From IMG/VR virus record IMGVR_UViG_3300042935_001404: a DNA stretch of 64,000 bases; one strand, 5' to 3'. Below the pieces are notes generated by a model, which saw nothing but the letters and a program-made list of their open reading frames with translations, was not told the origin of the DNA and did not search any database. Source of the DNA: a virus. Taxonomy: Duplodnaviria; Caudoviricetes. Made by a program: the position numbers and the translations under genes. Each line of letters opens with the position of its first letter. Within the stretch, counting starts at the first letter, position 1. Positions 9,194-18,441 of the stretch are shown in pieces.

Positions 9194-10644
9194 TCTAGTT
9201 TTTCCTGAGAGAACGGATAGTTTGCATCTCGATAAAATACTTTACGTTTAGTTAGATGTCGTTTGGCAAACTTACAGGTACTGGTTATATCCCAGATCTC
9301 TACATGGTCTTTGTCTTCCGCTTTTCTAATGCCGCGCCCAATTGACTGTATAACACGGACAAAGCTCTTTCCGGGTTCAAGAAGAACCAGATTAAAAATC
9401 CTTGGAATATTAATACCCACAGCGGCCACACCGTAAGTCGCCACAATAATCTTGCCAGTACTGGTGGCCACTTCGTCATATTCATCTTGTCTTGCTCCTG
9501 CTTTAGTTGCACCTGATACAAACACTGCTCGATCGCCCAGGCGTTCAATCAAAGCATGACCGGCTGCTACACGGTCCACCAATACAAGTGTATTGCCTGT
9601 GTCGTTAACATGTGACACCAAGTTGGCAATGGCAGTGAGTCTGTCTGGCTCTTCCAACAAGAACTTCAACTCACTTTGATAATTTGAGAACTCTGCGTGG
9701 TCCACCAACTGTACAATGTTCACATGACACTGTGCCAGCACACCACGATCCTGTAGTTCGCTTGCGCTGAGTTGGCTAATAACAGGGCCAAGGCTGCATT
9801 TTAATGCTTGGAATTCAAACGGCTCTTTGGGCACAGTTCCGGTCAATCCCCATCGAATCGGCACTCTAGCCATGATGCCTGTCAACAAGGATTTGAGTGC
9901 ATCTGCCTTGGCCATGTGTACTTCGTCTACCATCACACATACCACGTCCTCGATAAAGTCCTGTATGGTAACATCTGCTACACCGTTCTTTGTGTTCTTC
10001 ATCAGCACATTTAAACTTTGCCAGGTACAAATTGTATGTGTCCGACCATGCTCTTTACGGTCACCAAAGTACACCCCAACATCTAGCCCTAGGTTCTTGT
10101 AGTCTGCTTCTGTTTGTGTTACCAAACTCTTGTTAGGTACAATAACAATGCTACGTCCATATGTTTCTATGCTTAAGCTCAGTGCGGCAGTGATCAAGGT
10201 CTTGCCTGCGCCAGTGGCCACTTCTTGTATGCATTGCGGATTGCCCAAGAAGTTGTTGATGATCTCAACCTGATAGTCACGCAACACCACAGGTTCACCT
10301 GCCATTGGATGTGTCTGGGGCCATGTCTTGTGTGCAAACGAATCCTCTCGGATCTGTGTAAAGTCAAACACGGTAGAGTATTCGCGTTGGTCATCTAGTT
10401 CAATGTCGTAGTTGAACTTTTCTAATATAGGAATAATCTCAGGTAGTAAGTTTACATAAGTGCTGCCACCAAGTTGAAAGTAACTGACCTTGCCATCCCA
10501 CCGCCCTAGTCTAACTGCTGGCAAATAACGTGCACCAGGCACATCATACTTAAATGCATTTACTAGCGCACGACGAGCATCAAGTTCGAGCCCTTCAATC
10601 TTGATGTTTACTTCGTCTTTAATTTGTATTGTGCATCTTTTCAT
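9184..10644 (-). CDS. uvsW: SF2 DNA helicase, UvsW-like
   Basis: LRDYQ, ATGAGKT, VDEVH, GLTGT, GINIPRI and QSIGRGIR motifs. Confidence 0.9.
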   Translation of the reverse strand: MKRCTIQIKDEVNIKIEGLELDARRALVNAFKYDVPGARYLPAVRLGRWDGKVSYFQLGGSTYVNLLPEIIPILEKFNYDIELDDQREYSTVFDFTQIREDSFAHKTWPQTHPMAGEPVVLRDYQVEIINNFLGNPQCIQEVATGAGKTLITAALSLSIETYGRSIVIVPNKSLVTQTEADYKNLGLDVGVYFGDRKEHGRTHTICTWQSLNVLMKNTKNGVADVTIQDFIEDVVCVMVDEVHMAKADALKSLLTGIMARVPIRWGLTGTVPKEPFEFQALKCSLGPVISQLSASELQDRGVLAQCHVNIVQLVDHAEFSNYQSELKFLLEEPDRLTAIANLVSHVNDTGNTLVLVDRVAAGHALIERLGDRAVFVSGATKAGARQDEYDEVATSTGKIIVATYGVAAVGINIPRIFNLVLLEPGKSFVRVIQSIGRGIRKAEDKDHVEIWDITSTCKFAKRHLTKRKVFYRDANYPFSQEKLEWK

Positions 10645-11455
10645 ATGTTAAATTTCTAAGCTGTTGTGTTGTGGTAGGAAAAAGATCCAACCCATTGCAT
10701 TGTAGTTCAAGGTTGTTCAATCTCAATAGGTGTTGTATGTATGCTTCGTCAAAAATGCTGTACACTGTAATTTCATTATTGTTACCGTCTAAAAGATTAT
10801 GCACATATTGTTCACAACGTAATTGGCTATTGTGAAGTTTTTGTAGTGACAAAAACTTCACATGCTGTTGATGTATTATACTTAAATCAATTGTAAAAGT
10901 CAATTCCAGTTTTGATACAATTTCAGTTAATCGTTCTATGTAATTTTCAAATATGTCTTGGGTAGTTAATTGAGCCACTGAATTTAATTCTTGATATCTT
11001 ATTGGATTGTATGAGGCTTCTAGTAGATCATTGATCCAAAATGAGCACCACTCACGCATGATCCATCTGGGCACAGTTTCATCAAATTTACCATGGTAGT
11101 TCCAATGGGTTGCAAGTTTATACTCAATGTCAGCAGGCTCTAACAGTAACGAGATATACTTAATTAATTTTCTGTGTTGTTGTTTAACAAATTGGTTGTT
11201 AACATAATCTAATCTATGAGAGGTGCAAGGAAGAATAGAAACAATAATATCATCATCCTTGGCGCTTTTAAATGTTTCGATATGTACTTGTGTTATAGTT
11301 GATTTAGCTAATAGATTATCCCAATGCTGATGGCTATTACCGTCGTTGTTAAAAGTAAATTCACCATACGGCTCCTTTCTCAAATTAGTATAATTGTATA
11401 TGCATCTAGCAACATATGTACCGTAGCATCCAGGCGGAAAAATAACATTAATCAT
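10619..11455 (-). CDS. Hypothetical protein with N-terminal P-loop/sulfotransferase-like motif
   Basis: MINVIFPPGCYGTYVARCI and DGNSH, similar to 515..1267 (PPGALGHFLARIL, TGSYH). Confidence 0.5.
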   Translation of the reverse strand: MINVIFPPGCYGTYVARCIYNYTNLRKEPYGEFTFNNDGNSHQHWDNLLAKSTITQVHIETFKSAKDDDIIVSILPCTSHRLDYVNNQFVKQQHRKLIKYISLLLEPADIEYKLATHWNYHGKFDETVPRWIMREWCSFWINDLLEASYNPIRYQELNSVAQLTTQDIFENYIERLTEIVSKLELTFTIDLSIIHQQHVKFLSLQKLHNSQLRCEQYVHNLLDGNNNEITVYSIFDEAYIQHLLRLNNLELQCNGLDLFPTTTQQLRNLTYEKMHNTN

Positions 11456-11461
11456 AATAAT

Positions 11462-11490
11462 AGTGTATACTTATTATCTCAAGAAGTCAA
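11462..11490 (-). promoter_or_regulatory. Sigma70-like promoter
   Basis: TTGACT-N17-TACACT, with ATG 11455 6 nt downstream. Confidence 0.65.
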
Positions 11491-11520
11491 AAAGACAGAC
11501 ACCTTTTTAAGGGTGTCTGC
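11489..11520 (-). terminator. Rho-independent terminator of the small early-gene unit
   Basis: GCAGACACC-8 nt loop-GGTGTCTGT followed by CTTTTT on the - strand. Confidence 0.7.
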
Positions 11521-11574
11521 CATAAAGCCCGGGCCGGAGCCAACCTACTCCCGAGAAAAAGGAGATGAAATGAA

Positions 11575-11676
11575 CTAACCAACTACCACTCGAAAACCCT
11601 GCTCACGCTGTTCGTCTGCTTCATAATCAGTATCCACGGCAAACAAAAACAACTCACCATCATAAATCTTGTACAT
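11575..11676 (-). CDS. Small hypothetical protein (33 aa)
   Basis: Below the ORF-track cutoff. MYKIYDGELFLFAVDTDYEADEQREQGFRVVVG with an AGGAG RBS. Confidence 0.6.
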   Translation of the reverse strand: MYKIYDGELFLFAVDTDYEADEQREQGFRVVVG

Positions 11677-11688
11677 TTGGCACTCCTG

Positions 11689-11862
11689 TTAATAAGTTTC
11701 TTTTATAAAATCGTATTGTTCCGCAGGCCATTTTGCCCGGAACTCTTCTGATTTGACATAGTCGTTGTAGGCCTTAGCATCAAAAAATACTTTGCGGAAC
11801 ACTGACGTAAACTCACCCTTGGGTGTTACTGTTAAGTAAACAGACTTGGCTTTTCCTGACAT
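11689..11862 (-). CDS. Small hypothetical protein (57 aa)
   Basis: ATG at 11862 preceded by GGAG. The track's TTG start at 11874 overlaps this RBS. Confidence 0.7.
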   Translation of the reverse strand: MSGKAKSVYLTVTPKGEFTSVFRKVFFDAKAYNDYVKSEEFRAKWPAEQYDFIKETY

Positions 11863-11912
11863 ATCAATCTCCAAACGCTAAAATAATAAATGCATAAAGT
11901 AAAGACCACCCA

Positions 11913-11945
11913 AGGTGTCCTAGCATTAGCAACATTAGGACACCT
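11913..11945. repeat. Perfect 10-bp inverted repeat (intergenic stem-loop)
   Basis: AGGTGTCCTA-N13-TAGGACACCT just after the AAA ATPase stop. No immediate U-tract. Confidence 0.75.
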
Positions 11946-11957
11946 ATCCAAGCCATA

Positions 11958-12989
11958 TTAGGCACTCTTCATACATGTGGTCTCTGACATGCGTTTCCAG
12001 TTTCCGGGAAAGCTCTTACGCAGGTCTGCAATCTTAAGAGCCATGCGCAAACTTACCTCACGCAGGCGTTCTTTGTTGACATGCATGAACTCAATAATGT
12101 CATCTTGTGCATACTCGTCAAAATCGTATTCTGCAAACAACACACCATCTTTGGCAATCTGTTTGATACGCAACAACTTGTCACGCATGGTGTCCAAGGT
12201 CAAGTCCAGATAGTGACAGCGCGATTGCAATGCGTCCAAGTGGTCCCGCAATTTTTGCGACTTCATCTTGTCAAACTTTAAATTAGTAATAAAAATTACA
12301 CTGCCTTTGAACTCAAAACGTTCTGGAATGCCTTCTCTGCGCAAGGCACTGGATTCTGACAACCAGCTAATCACACGCTTCTTGCCGGAGTCCAAGGCAC
12401 CCTTGAGCAAGTTAAGCGCAACATCATCCAACAGGATGCTGTCACAGTCGTCAAACACAATGACACTGTTGGCGTCACTGTATTTGTACAGGGTCTGGTA
12501 CAGGCCAATTGGAGTGGCACTGCCTTTAACTACTTCTGCACGGAGTCGCTTGCCTGCAAGTTTATCAAACAAGCAGGCCTTGTCAATTTCTTGTTCTACA
12601 CCAAAACTCTTGCCCACGCCTGGGGGGCCACTCACAATCATAGCACGGATGTCACCGGTCACAGTGGCCTTTGTCATCTCGTGCAGGATGTCAAAACGCT
12701 CGCGGATACGATCCATAGCTTCGTCATCGGTTTCGTTAACTACTGGGACGGGGTTTTCAATCTCGGCTGTAGGTGTGGTACTCACGGAATCTCCATTTAC
12801 ATATTCAAAGTCTCGGATGGAATTTACCCGGATACGGATTGTATCGGGGCAATCGGGAAAGGCACCGTTGTTTTTTACGGTTACATAATTGCCCTTGGCG
12901 CCAGATGTAAAACCTGACACAAGAGTAAAGGCAGTGTTACGGACAGGGTTCTTGCGATACTCGCCGTTGACAATACGAATGGCACTCAT
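11958..12989 (-). CDS. AAA+ ATPase with small N-terminal domain
   Basis: Walker A GPPGVGKS, Walker B IVFDDCD, sensor-1 FITN, Arg finger ALQSRC. RBS AAAAAGGAG. Confidence 0.85.
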   Translation of the reverse strand: MSAIRIVNGEYRKNPVRNTAFTLVSGFTSGAKGNYVTVKNNGAFPDCPDTIRIRVNSIRDFEYVNGDSVSTTPTAEIENPVPVVNETDDEAMDRIRERFDILHEMTKATVTGDIRAMIVSGPPGVGKSFGVEQEIDKACLFDKLAGKRLRAEVVKGSATPIGLYQTLYKYSDANSVIVFDDCDSILLDDVALNLLKGALDSGKKRVISWLSESSALRREGIPERFEFKGSVIFITNLKFDKMKSQKLRDHLDALQSRCHYLDLTLDTMRDKLLRIKQIAKDGVLFAEYDFDEYAQDDIIEFMHVNKERLREVSLRMALKIADLRKSFPGNWKRMSETTCMKSA

Positions 12990-13019
12990 AGTTGGCTCCT
13001 TTTTGTGCGTTAAAATTGT

Positions 13020-13048
13020 ATTATAGCAGATGTAGAATTAAGCGTCAA
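13020..13048 (-). promoter_or_regulatory. Strong sigma70-like early promoter
   Basis: TTGACG-N17-TATAAT with extended -10 TGC. Confidence 0.85.
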
Positions 13049-13217
13049 CCGGGGCAAACATCTTGCTACCCGATTCCATGACTGCACGATATGCTTCCAT
13101 GGTTTTTTGTGTCTGTGCAAGTGGGCTTTTTTGGATAAACTGCATCATTTCTAAAAATCCCATACCCAAAAATTCTGCATCTTTTTGTATAGTTTTGATT
13201 GCTGTGGCTGTCTGCAT
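13038..13217 (-). CDS. Small hypothetical protein (59 aa)
   Basis: Below the track cutoff. MQTATAIKTIQKDAEFLGMGFLEMMQF...PVDA with RBS AAAAAGGAG and its own promoter. Confidence 0.7.
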   Translation of the reverse strand: MQTATAIKTIQKDAEFLGMGFLEMMQFIQKSPLAQTQKTMEAYRAVMESGSKMFAPVDA

Positions 13218-13246
13218 TTTAGCTCCTTTTTGTTACTGTATGCTAT

Positions 13247-13275
13247 ATTATAGCAAAAGGGGGTTTATTGGTCAA
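13247..13275 (-). promoter_or_regulatory. Strong sigma70-like early promoter
   Basis: TTGACC-N17-TATAAT with extended -10 TGC. Confidence 0.85.
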
Positions 13276-13310
13276 CCACTTGAATTGTGGCTTTTTACAA
13301 CAAAATCTGC

Positions 13311-13520
13311 TTATTTTTTAAGCAATTCGTACAGTCTGTTGTTGATTACATCCATCTCTGCCTGTTCTACATAAAAATCTGTAGTGGGATCGTAGTAGGC
13401 GCCTTCTTTGTTGTCATAATACAACACCTGTCCGGAGAAATTAAAAGGTCCTTCCAGGCCCGCACGGGTTCCGTATTTCTCACGCATCTGGTTCACGGTA
13501 TCTATAACTTTATAGCCCAT
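13311..13520 (-). CDS. Small hypothetical protein (69 aa)
   Basis: RBS AAAAAGGAG and its own promoter. Tyr-rich LYYDNKEGAYYDPTTDFYV. Confidence 0.75.
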   Translation of the reverse strand: MGYKVIDTVNQMREKYGTRAGLEGPFNFSGQVLYYDNKEGAYYDPTTDFYVEQAEMDVINNRLYELLKK

Positions 13521-13550
13521 CTAGAACTCCTTTTTACTTACTATGCCACT

Positions 13551-13579
13551 ATTATAGCAAATTGGGAATATTCGGTCAA
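13551..13579 (-). promoter_or_regulatory. Strong sigma70-like early promoter
   Basis: TTGACC-N17-TATAAT with extended -10 TGC. Confidence 0.85.
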
Positions 13580-13583
13580 CCAT

Positions 13584-13610
13584 AAAAAAACCCCACATAC
13601 TGCAGGGTTT
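13584..13610 (-). terminator. Rho-independent terminator
   Basis: AACCCTGCA-GTA-TGTGGGGTT (two G-U pairs) followed by a T-run on the - strand. Confidence 0.7.
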
Positions 13611-13631
13611 ATTGTGAAAATACGTTATAAA

Positions 13632-14186
13632 TTACACAGGTGTCGGCGGGGCAACACTTGAAAACACAATTGTTGTGAATGCAAGCACTGATCCAGCACT
13701 CATATAGAGATATAAGTGTCCCTCTTCTTCTGGAAGCAGAACCCCATTTAGTACTTCTGTTGTTCGGTTATCGTAGGCCAGCTCTACTGTATTTCCGTAT
13801 CCAAACGTAGTTGAATTACGGATACGCCAACCACCTTTGGATTGTACATCTGCTTGTATTTCAGCAGGAGCAGTTTGCCAGGTACCTGCAGTAATGTACG
13901 CAAGTTCTTCCGGCGTTAATGCAGGATTAGAATTCCATGCATAATTGTATTTGAACATGCCAACATGTGCCACTCCAGAAGCACATGTTACCACCACTGG
14001 AAATTGAACATCTGTGCCGGCTGAATCATCAAATGTATATGAAAATTCGCACAAAAACCCATCAGGTTCGTCGATGCTGCCCTGGCTAAATGTTCCATTG
14101 AACACTTCAGTGCCATTCACTGTCACTGTGCCCGTTGACGGTAGAACACTAAGGTTTCCTTTTAATTTAAATAATCTTTGAGTCAT
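13632..14186 (-). CDS. Hypothetical beta-rich protein, possibly virion-associated
   Basis: GGAG RBS and upstream TAAATA (14209-14214). Thr/Gly/Val-rich with no catalytic motif. Confidence 0.6.
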   Translation of the reverse strand: MTQRLFKLKGNLSVLPSTGTVTVNGTEVFNGTFSQGSIDEPDGFLCEFSYTFDDSAGTDVQFPVVVTCASGVAHVGMFKYNYAWNSNPALTPEELAYITAGTWQTAPAEIQADVQSKGGWRIRNSTTFGYGNTVELAYDNRTTEVLNGVLLPEEEGHLYLYMSAGSVLAFTTIVFSSVAPPTPV

Positions 14187-14214
14187 TTGATGTATCTCCG
14201 GTTAGTTTTATTTA

Positions 14215-14937
14215 TCATTGCCAATGAGTTTGCACTGCCGGGTCTGAGATCTCGTGTGGTTTTGGACTGCCGTGAAATACCAAAATACTGGTGTTGTCAT
14301 CTACCACAGTTCCGGTGTTGGGAGCCCGATACTTGCGTTTTGAAAAATTAAAACCGCCATCCAAGCACTGCCAACGCCAACTTTTAACCCAGTCAGTGTT
14401 AAAAAATCTACGATTCCCAACAGGTATCAATGCCGAAATCAAGTCTTGATCACCTCGATATTTGCTGGTAAATTGGCCAATGTCTTGGCCAATTACTTCT
14501 TTCCACACATGCTGGTAATGTTCAGTATTCCACCACATCACACTGGTGTTTGACACTGTGCAAGTATTTTTCCATAGATACTTGAAATCTCTCACTGCCC
14601 AGAAATGTCGCTGTGGCAGTTGCCAAATCCAATCAATATTTTTTGTAATTACCATGTCCAAATCAAAGTACAATAGCGGACCCGAATGATGTTCTGTATT
14701 GAACAATTGCAGTTTATACCACCAGGATTTTTTAGGTCCTGCCAGCCCCCAATCAATCAAAGCATGTTTGATCATATGGTCTGGAACTGTTCTGTCTGTT
14801 TCTGTGTAAACGTGTAATCTTACTGGACGACTTAGATTCCTACACAACATACTATACAGTCGTTCAACATAGTCCCATGTGTATCCATCGCCGTGTATTA
14901 CGCAAGCACAGTCTAAGGGTTCAGTAGTAGGCATCAT
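14215..14937 (-). CDS. GT-A glycosyltransferase (GT8-like)
   Basis: WWYKLQLF, YFDLD (DxD), NTSVM, GDQD and FHGSPKP motifs. Start moved to ATG 14937, next to TAAATA. Confidence 0.8.
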   Translation of the reverse strand: MMPTTEPLDCACVIHGDGYTWDYVERLYSMLCRNLSRPVRLHVYTETDRTVPDHMIKHALIDWGLAGPKKSWWYKLQLFNTEHHSGPLLYFDLDMVITKNIDWIWQLPQRHFWAVRDFKYLWKNTCTVSNTSVMWWNTEHYQHVWKEVIGQDIGQFTSKYRGDQDLISALIPVGNRRFFNTDWVKSWRWQCLDGGFNFSKRKYRAPNTGTVVDDNTSILVFHGSPKPHEISDPAVQTHWQ

Positions 14938-14941
14938 TTGA

Positions 14942-14969
14942 TATTTACCGTTATATACACACATAAATA
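14942..14969. promoter_or_regulatory. Back-to-back late-type TAAATA promoters
   Basis: TAAATA (-) at 14942-14947 and TAAATA (+) at 14964-14969, each 4-7 nt from an ATG. Confidence 0.65.
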
Positions 14970-14974
14970 TCTTT

Positions 14975-15730
14975 ATGAAAATTGTACTTGTAACCGGTGG
15001 GTTTGATCCCTGCCATTCTGGGCACCTTGCTTACTTCCAATCAGCAAAAAAACTAGGCGATCGACTGGTCGTTGGTCTTAACTCAGACCAGTGGCTCACT
15101 CGTAAAAAGGGACGACCGTTTATGCCCATGAGTGAGAGATTTGCATTGATCAGTGCCTTGAGCATAGTAGACGAAGTTGTAGTTTACAATGATGATGACA
15201 ACAGTAGTTGTGATGCAATTCAACTGGTCAAGCAACGCTATCCTGCTGCCAACATTGTGTTTGCCAATGGCGGTGACCGTACACAAGACAACATTCCAGA
15301 AATGATCTTCGATGACGTGGAGTTTGTGTTTGGTGTGGGTGGCGAAAACAAAATAAACTCCAGTTCGTGGATATTGGAAGAGTGGAAGAAGCCCAAGACG
15401 ACCCGTGCATGGGGCTATTATCGTGTACTACATGAAGTAGGATCTAACACCAAACTCAAAGAACTCACAGTGTCTGCCAAAACTTGTCTTAGCATGCAAC
15501 GACATGATCGGCGTGCGGAGTTTTGGTTTGTGGCCGAAGGCGAAGCCGCAGTGTATACCCTGGACAATTCTAGCGATCACGACCTAGTAGGACATTACGG
15601 AGTGCATGACTATATTTGGATCAAGAAAAATCAATGGCACATGTTGTGTAATGAAACTGATCAACCACTGAAATTAATTGAAATTCAGTTTGGCGACGAT
15701 TGTGTGGAAGAGGACATAGAACGTCGATGA
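14975..15730 (+). CDS. HIGH-family cytidylyl/nucleotidyltransferase fused to a cupin (mannose-6-phosphate isomerase type II-like)
   Basis: GGFDPCHSGH (HxGH), VGLNSD and RKKGRP. C-terminal RAWGYY...LSMQRH..RAEFW cupin. Confidence 0.85.
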   Translation: MKIVLVTGGFDPCHSGHLAYFQSAKKLGDRLVVGLNSDQWLTRKKGRPFMPMSERFALISALSIVDEVVVYNDDDNSSCDAIQLVKQRYPAANIVFANGGDRTQDNIPEMIFDDVEFVFGVGGENKINSSSWILEEWKKPKTTRAWGYYRVLHEVGSNTKLKELTVSAKTCLSMQRHDRRAEFWFVAEGEAAVYTLDNSSDHDLVGHYGVHDYIWIKKNQWHMLCNETDQPLKLIEIQFGDDCVEEDIERR

Positions 15731-16413
15731 AAGCCATACCAGTTTATGTTGGATACGATCCAAGAGAAGCCATTGCTTTTCACACCTGTGCCAATTCAAT
15801 CATACGGCATGCATCAAAGCCCGTGGCTATTATTCCTGTGGCCTTGAACTTGTTTCGAGACTACGAAGAAACGCACACAGATGGCAGCAATCACTTTATC
15901 TACACACGATTTCTTGTGCCGCACTTACAGGAATACACAGGATGGGCAATATTCATTGATGGCGACATGATTGTGCGAGATGACATTGTGAAACTATGGG
16001 AATTGCAAAACCCTTATAACGACGTTATGGTAGTCAAACATGACTACAAAACTCGGATGCCTGTAAAATATCTAGGAGCACGAAATGAAGACTATCCTCG
16101 AAAAAATTGGAGTAGTGTTATTCTGTGGAATTGTAATAGCTTTCCTAACAGGCGACTTACTCCTGAGTTCATTCAAAAATCCACAGGTAGTGAACTCCAC
16201 CGCTTCTCGTGGTTAGAAGACGAACGAATTGGCGAGTTGCCAAAAGAGTGGAACTGGTTGCCTGATGAATACGGCATTAATAAGGATGCCAAGCTGTTAC
16301 ACTACACGCTAGGCACACCTTGCTTTCAAGAGTTCGCTGACACGCCACAAGGTGATGAGTGGCATAGAGAACGTATTCTAACTGAATACTGCTTACAAAG
16401 GAACATACTATGA
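15727..16413 (+). CDS. GT-A glycosyltransferase (GT8-like)
   Basis: VGYDPRE, FIDGD, RKNWSSVILWNC and LHYTLGTP motifs. ATGA overlap. Confidence 0.8.
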   Translation: MKAIPVYVGYDPREAIAFHTCANSIIRHASKPVAIIPVALNLFRDYEETHTDGSNHFIYTRFLVPHLQEYTGWAIFIDGDMIVRDDIVKLWELQNPYNDVMVVKHDYKTRMPVKYLGARNEDYPRKNWSSVILWNCNSFPNRRLTPEFIQKSTGSELHRFSWLEDERIGELPKEWNWLPDEYGINKDAKLLHYTLGTPCFQEFADTPQGDEWHRERILTEYCLQRNIL

Positions 16414-17513
16414 TTTTACCAGTGGCCCTGGTGGACCGTTGGCCCAGTGACGAGTATAAAATACAACACGCAACAATTGAATCTGCACTCAAACACAGTG
16501 TTGCAGATCTATTGAAACTTCGTGCTGAAGTTGAACTGTTAAAACAACTTGAACACGAATGGGGGCTAAGTCCTATCCCTGAAGAATTGCTAACTAAAGA
16601 TATTAGAGGATTTATCAAGAGGAACGGTGGCGACTCAATGGGTCAAAGATTTATTGATTATGTTGTAAATCAAGATGCCCAATTTGATCGTTGTTTAAAA
16701 TTTACAGACTACCCGGCAATGGTTATGGCTGCATATCCCAGCAGTAAATTTATTGATAAAAATAGATTCCGCACCGAAATGGAAGAGATTGTCAAAGATC
16801 CTGTGCTGATACGCGGCATCAGTTCTGGTAAAATAGCCAAGATTGTGAGAGAACATGATCAAGACTATTACTTTATCGAAACAGGATATCTTGGCAATTA
16901 TCGATGTGACAACAATCAAACCGGCAGAAAAGTGTATCATCGCATTGTAAAAAATTCCATGCAACATTCAACTATCATGGATGTGCCCGATGACCGATGG
17001 CAACAACTGGTAAAATTCAATCCAAACTTGGAATACAAAGGCTGGAAGCGCACTGGATCAAAAATTCTAGTGGTGTTGCCCACTAATAAACCATTTCAAT
17101 ATTATGGACACAATCGTGAGAAATGGATTGAAAAAGTTGAACGCACTATTAAAAAACACAGTGACAGAGAGATTGTCTGGCGTGAAAAGGCCAGTCGTGG
17201 GGAACGTACAAATGCCACTATATACGATGCCTTAGATGATGACATTTATGCTCTGGTCACTTACAACAGTATTGCAACTGTGGAAGCAATACAGCACGGA
17301 ATTCCAGCCTTTGGACTGGCACCCACTGCGGCAGATCCGGTATGCAGTAATGATCTTTCACAAATTGAAAATCCCGTAATGCCCAATGAAGAAATTGTTT
17401 ACAGATGGTTATGCTCGATTGCTTACAGTCAATTTAGTCTAGATGAAATTTTAACAGGCCAAGCCTGGCAAATGGTATTAGAAAATGCACAACGCCCAAC
17501 CCTTGATTGTTAA
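16410..17513 (+). CDS. Capsule-polysaccharide-modification (KpsS/KpsC-like GT-B) protein, paralog 1
   Basis: ETGYLG, ILVVLP, and ALVTYNSIATVEAIQHGIPAF. Confidence 0.6.
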   Translation: MILPVALVDRWPSDEYKIQHATIESALKHSVADLLKLRAEVELLKQLEHEWGLSPIPEELLTKDIRGFIKRNGGDSMGQRFIDYVVNQDAQFDRCLKFTDYPAMVMAAYPSSKFIDKNRFRTEMEEIVKDPVLIRGISSGKIAKIVREHDQDYYFIETGYLGNYRCDNNQTGRKVYHRIVKNSMQHSTIMDVPDDRWQQLVKFNPNLEYKGWKRTGSKILVVLPTNKPFQYYGHNREKWIEKVERTIKKHSDREIVWREKASRGERTNATIYDALDDDIYALVTYNSIATVEAIQHGIPAFGLAPTAADPVCSNDLSQIENPVMPNEEIVYRWLCSIAYSQFSLDEILTGQAWQMVLENAQRPTLDC

Positions 17514-18441
17514 AAGTTATCTAAGAAGTTTGCCCAGGCATATCAACGGCAACGAAAAAATCAATGCATTGACTTATTTTGCAGAGGGTGCAGCCAAGTG
17601 TGGCGATTCAGCATCAGTAACTGAGTCACAAACATACGAAACATGTGATGTTGGTGCCATTATTGGCAATGCGTTTGATGCAAATCCCAGCAAGGTCAGA
17701 CTGCCGCATTATCAAGTTCGCAAAATGGTAATGGATACACAACACAGTCTTCATCGTTACTGGTTAAGCATAGACAGCAACGTATTCATTTACAAAGATG
17801 CTGCCAATCCACACAAGTATCTACGCTACAGTTTTAATGGTGTGTTTCCTGCCACAGGCATATACTGTAACGAAACACCCGGTGAAGAAAACTGGAACAA
17901 CATGCGACGTGACTACAATATGGATCTAAAACCCTGGAGGTCCAGTGGCAATCACATATTGATCTGCTTGCAACGACCGCTGGGGTGGAGTATGCGTGGC
18001 GCGGATTTAATGAAGTGGCTTAAGAGAACATTAGGCAAGATTAGAGAACACAGTGATCGTCCAATCTTAATAAGATGGCATCCAGGTGACTGGAAGGCAT
18101 TTCCCAATTATAAATCCACGCTAGTTAAGTTTGGCGTTACAGTGAGCCCACAAAACCGGCACATAACCGAAGACTTGGTCAATTGCTGGGCACTGGTATG
18201 CCATAATTCAACTCCCAGTGCAGTGGCACCAATTGAAGGAATTCCAGCATTTATCACAGATGAGCCTGCATACAGCCAGGGCGGTGATATTGCTAACACT
18301 GACCTGAGTCAGATAGAAAATCCTCACATGCCTAACCGTGAGCAATGGATTAGGAAACTAGCACAATGTCACTGGAGTTTTGAAGATGTCAGATCAGGCC
18401 GTTGCTGGAGTCACATGCGCAACTGGGTCAAAGTCCCGTAA
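17485..18441 (+). CDS. KpsS/KpsC-like protein, paralog 2
   Basis: HILICLQ, IRWHPG, and ALVCHNSTPSAVAPIEGIPAF. Confidence 0.6.
   Translation: MHNAQPLIVKSYLRSLPRHINGNEKINALTYFAEGAAKCGDSASVTESQTYETCDVGAIIGNAFDANPSKVRLPHYQVRKMVMDTQHSLHRYWLSIDSNVFIYKDAANPHKYLRYSFNGVFPATGIYCNETPGEENWNNMRRDYNMDLKPWRSSGNHILICLQRPLGWSMRGADLMKWLKRTLGKIREHSDRPILIRWHPGDWKAFPNYKSTLVKFGVTVSPQNRHITEDLVNCWALVCHNSTPSAVAPIEGIPAFITDEPAYSQGGDIANTDLSQIENPHMPNREQWIRKLAQCHWSFEDVRSGRCWSHMRNWVKVP

Noticed and set aside
11324-11578. + strand 84-aa ORF ending at an apparent RBS-ATG minigene
   Set aside because: Overlaps a - strand gene, promoter and terminator, and has no coding signature.
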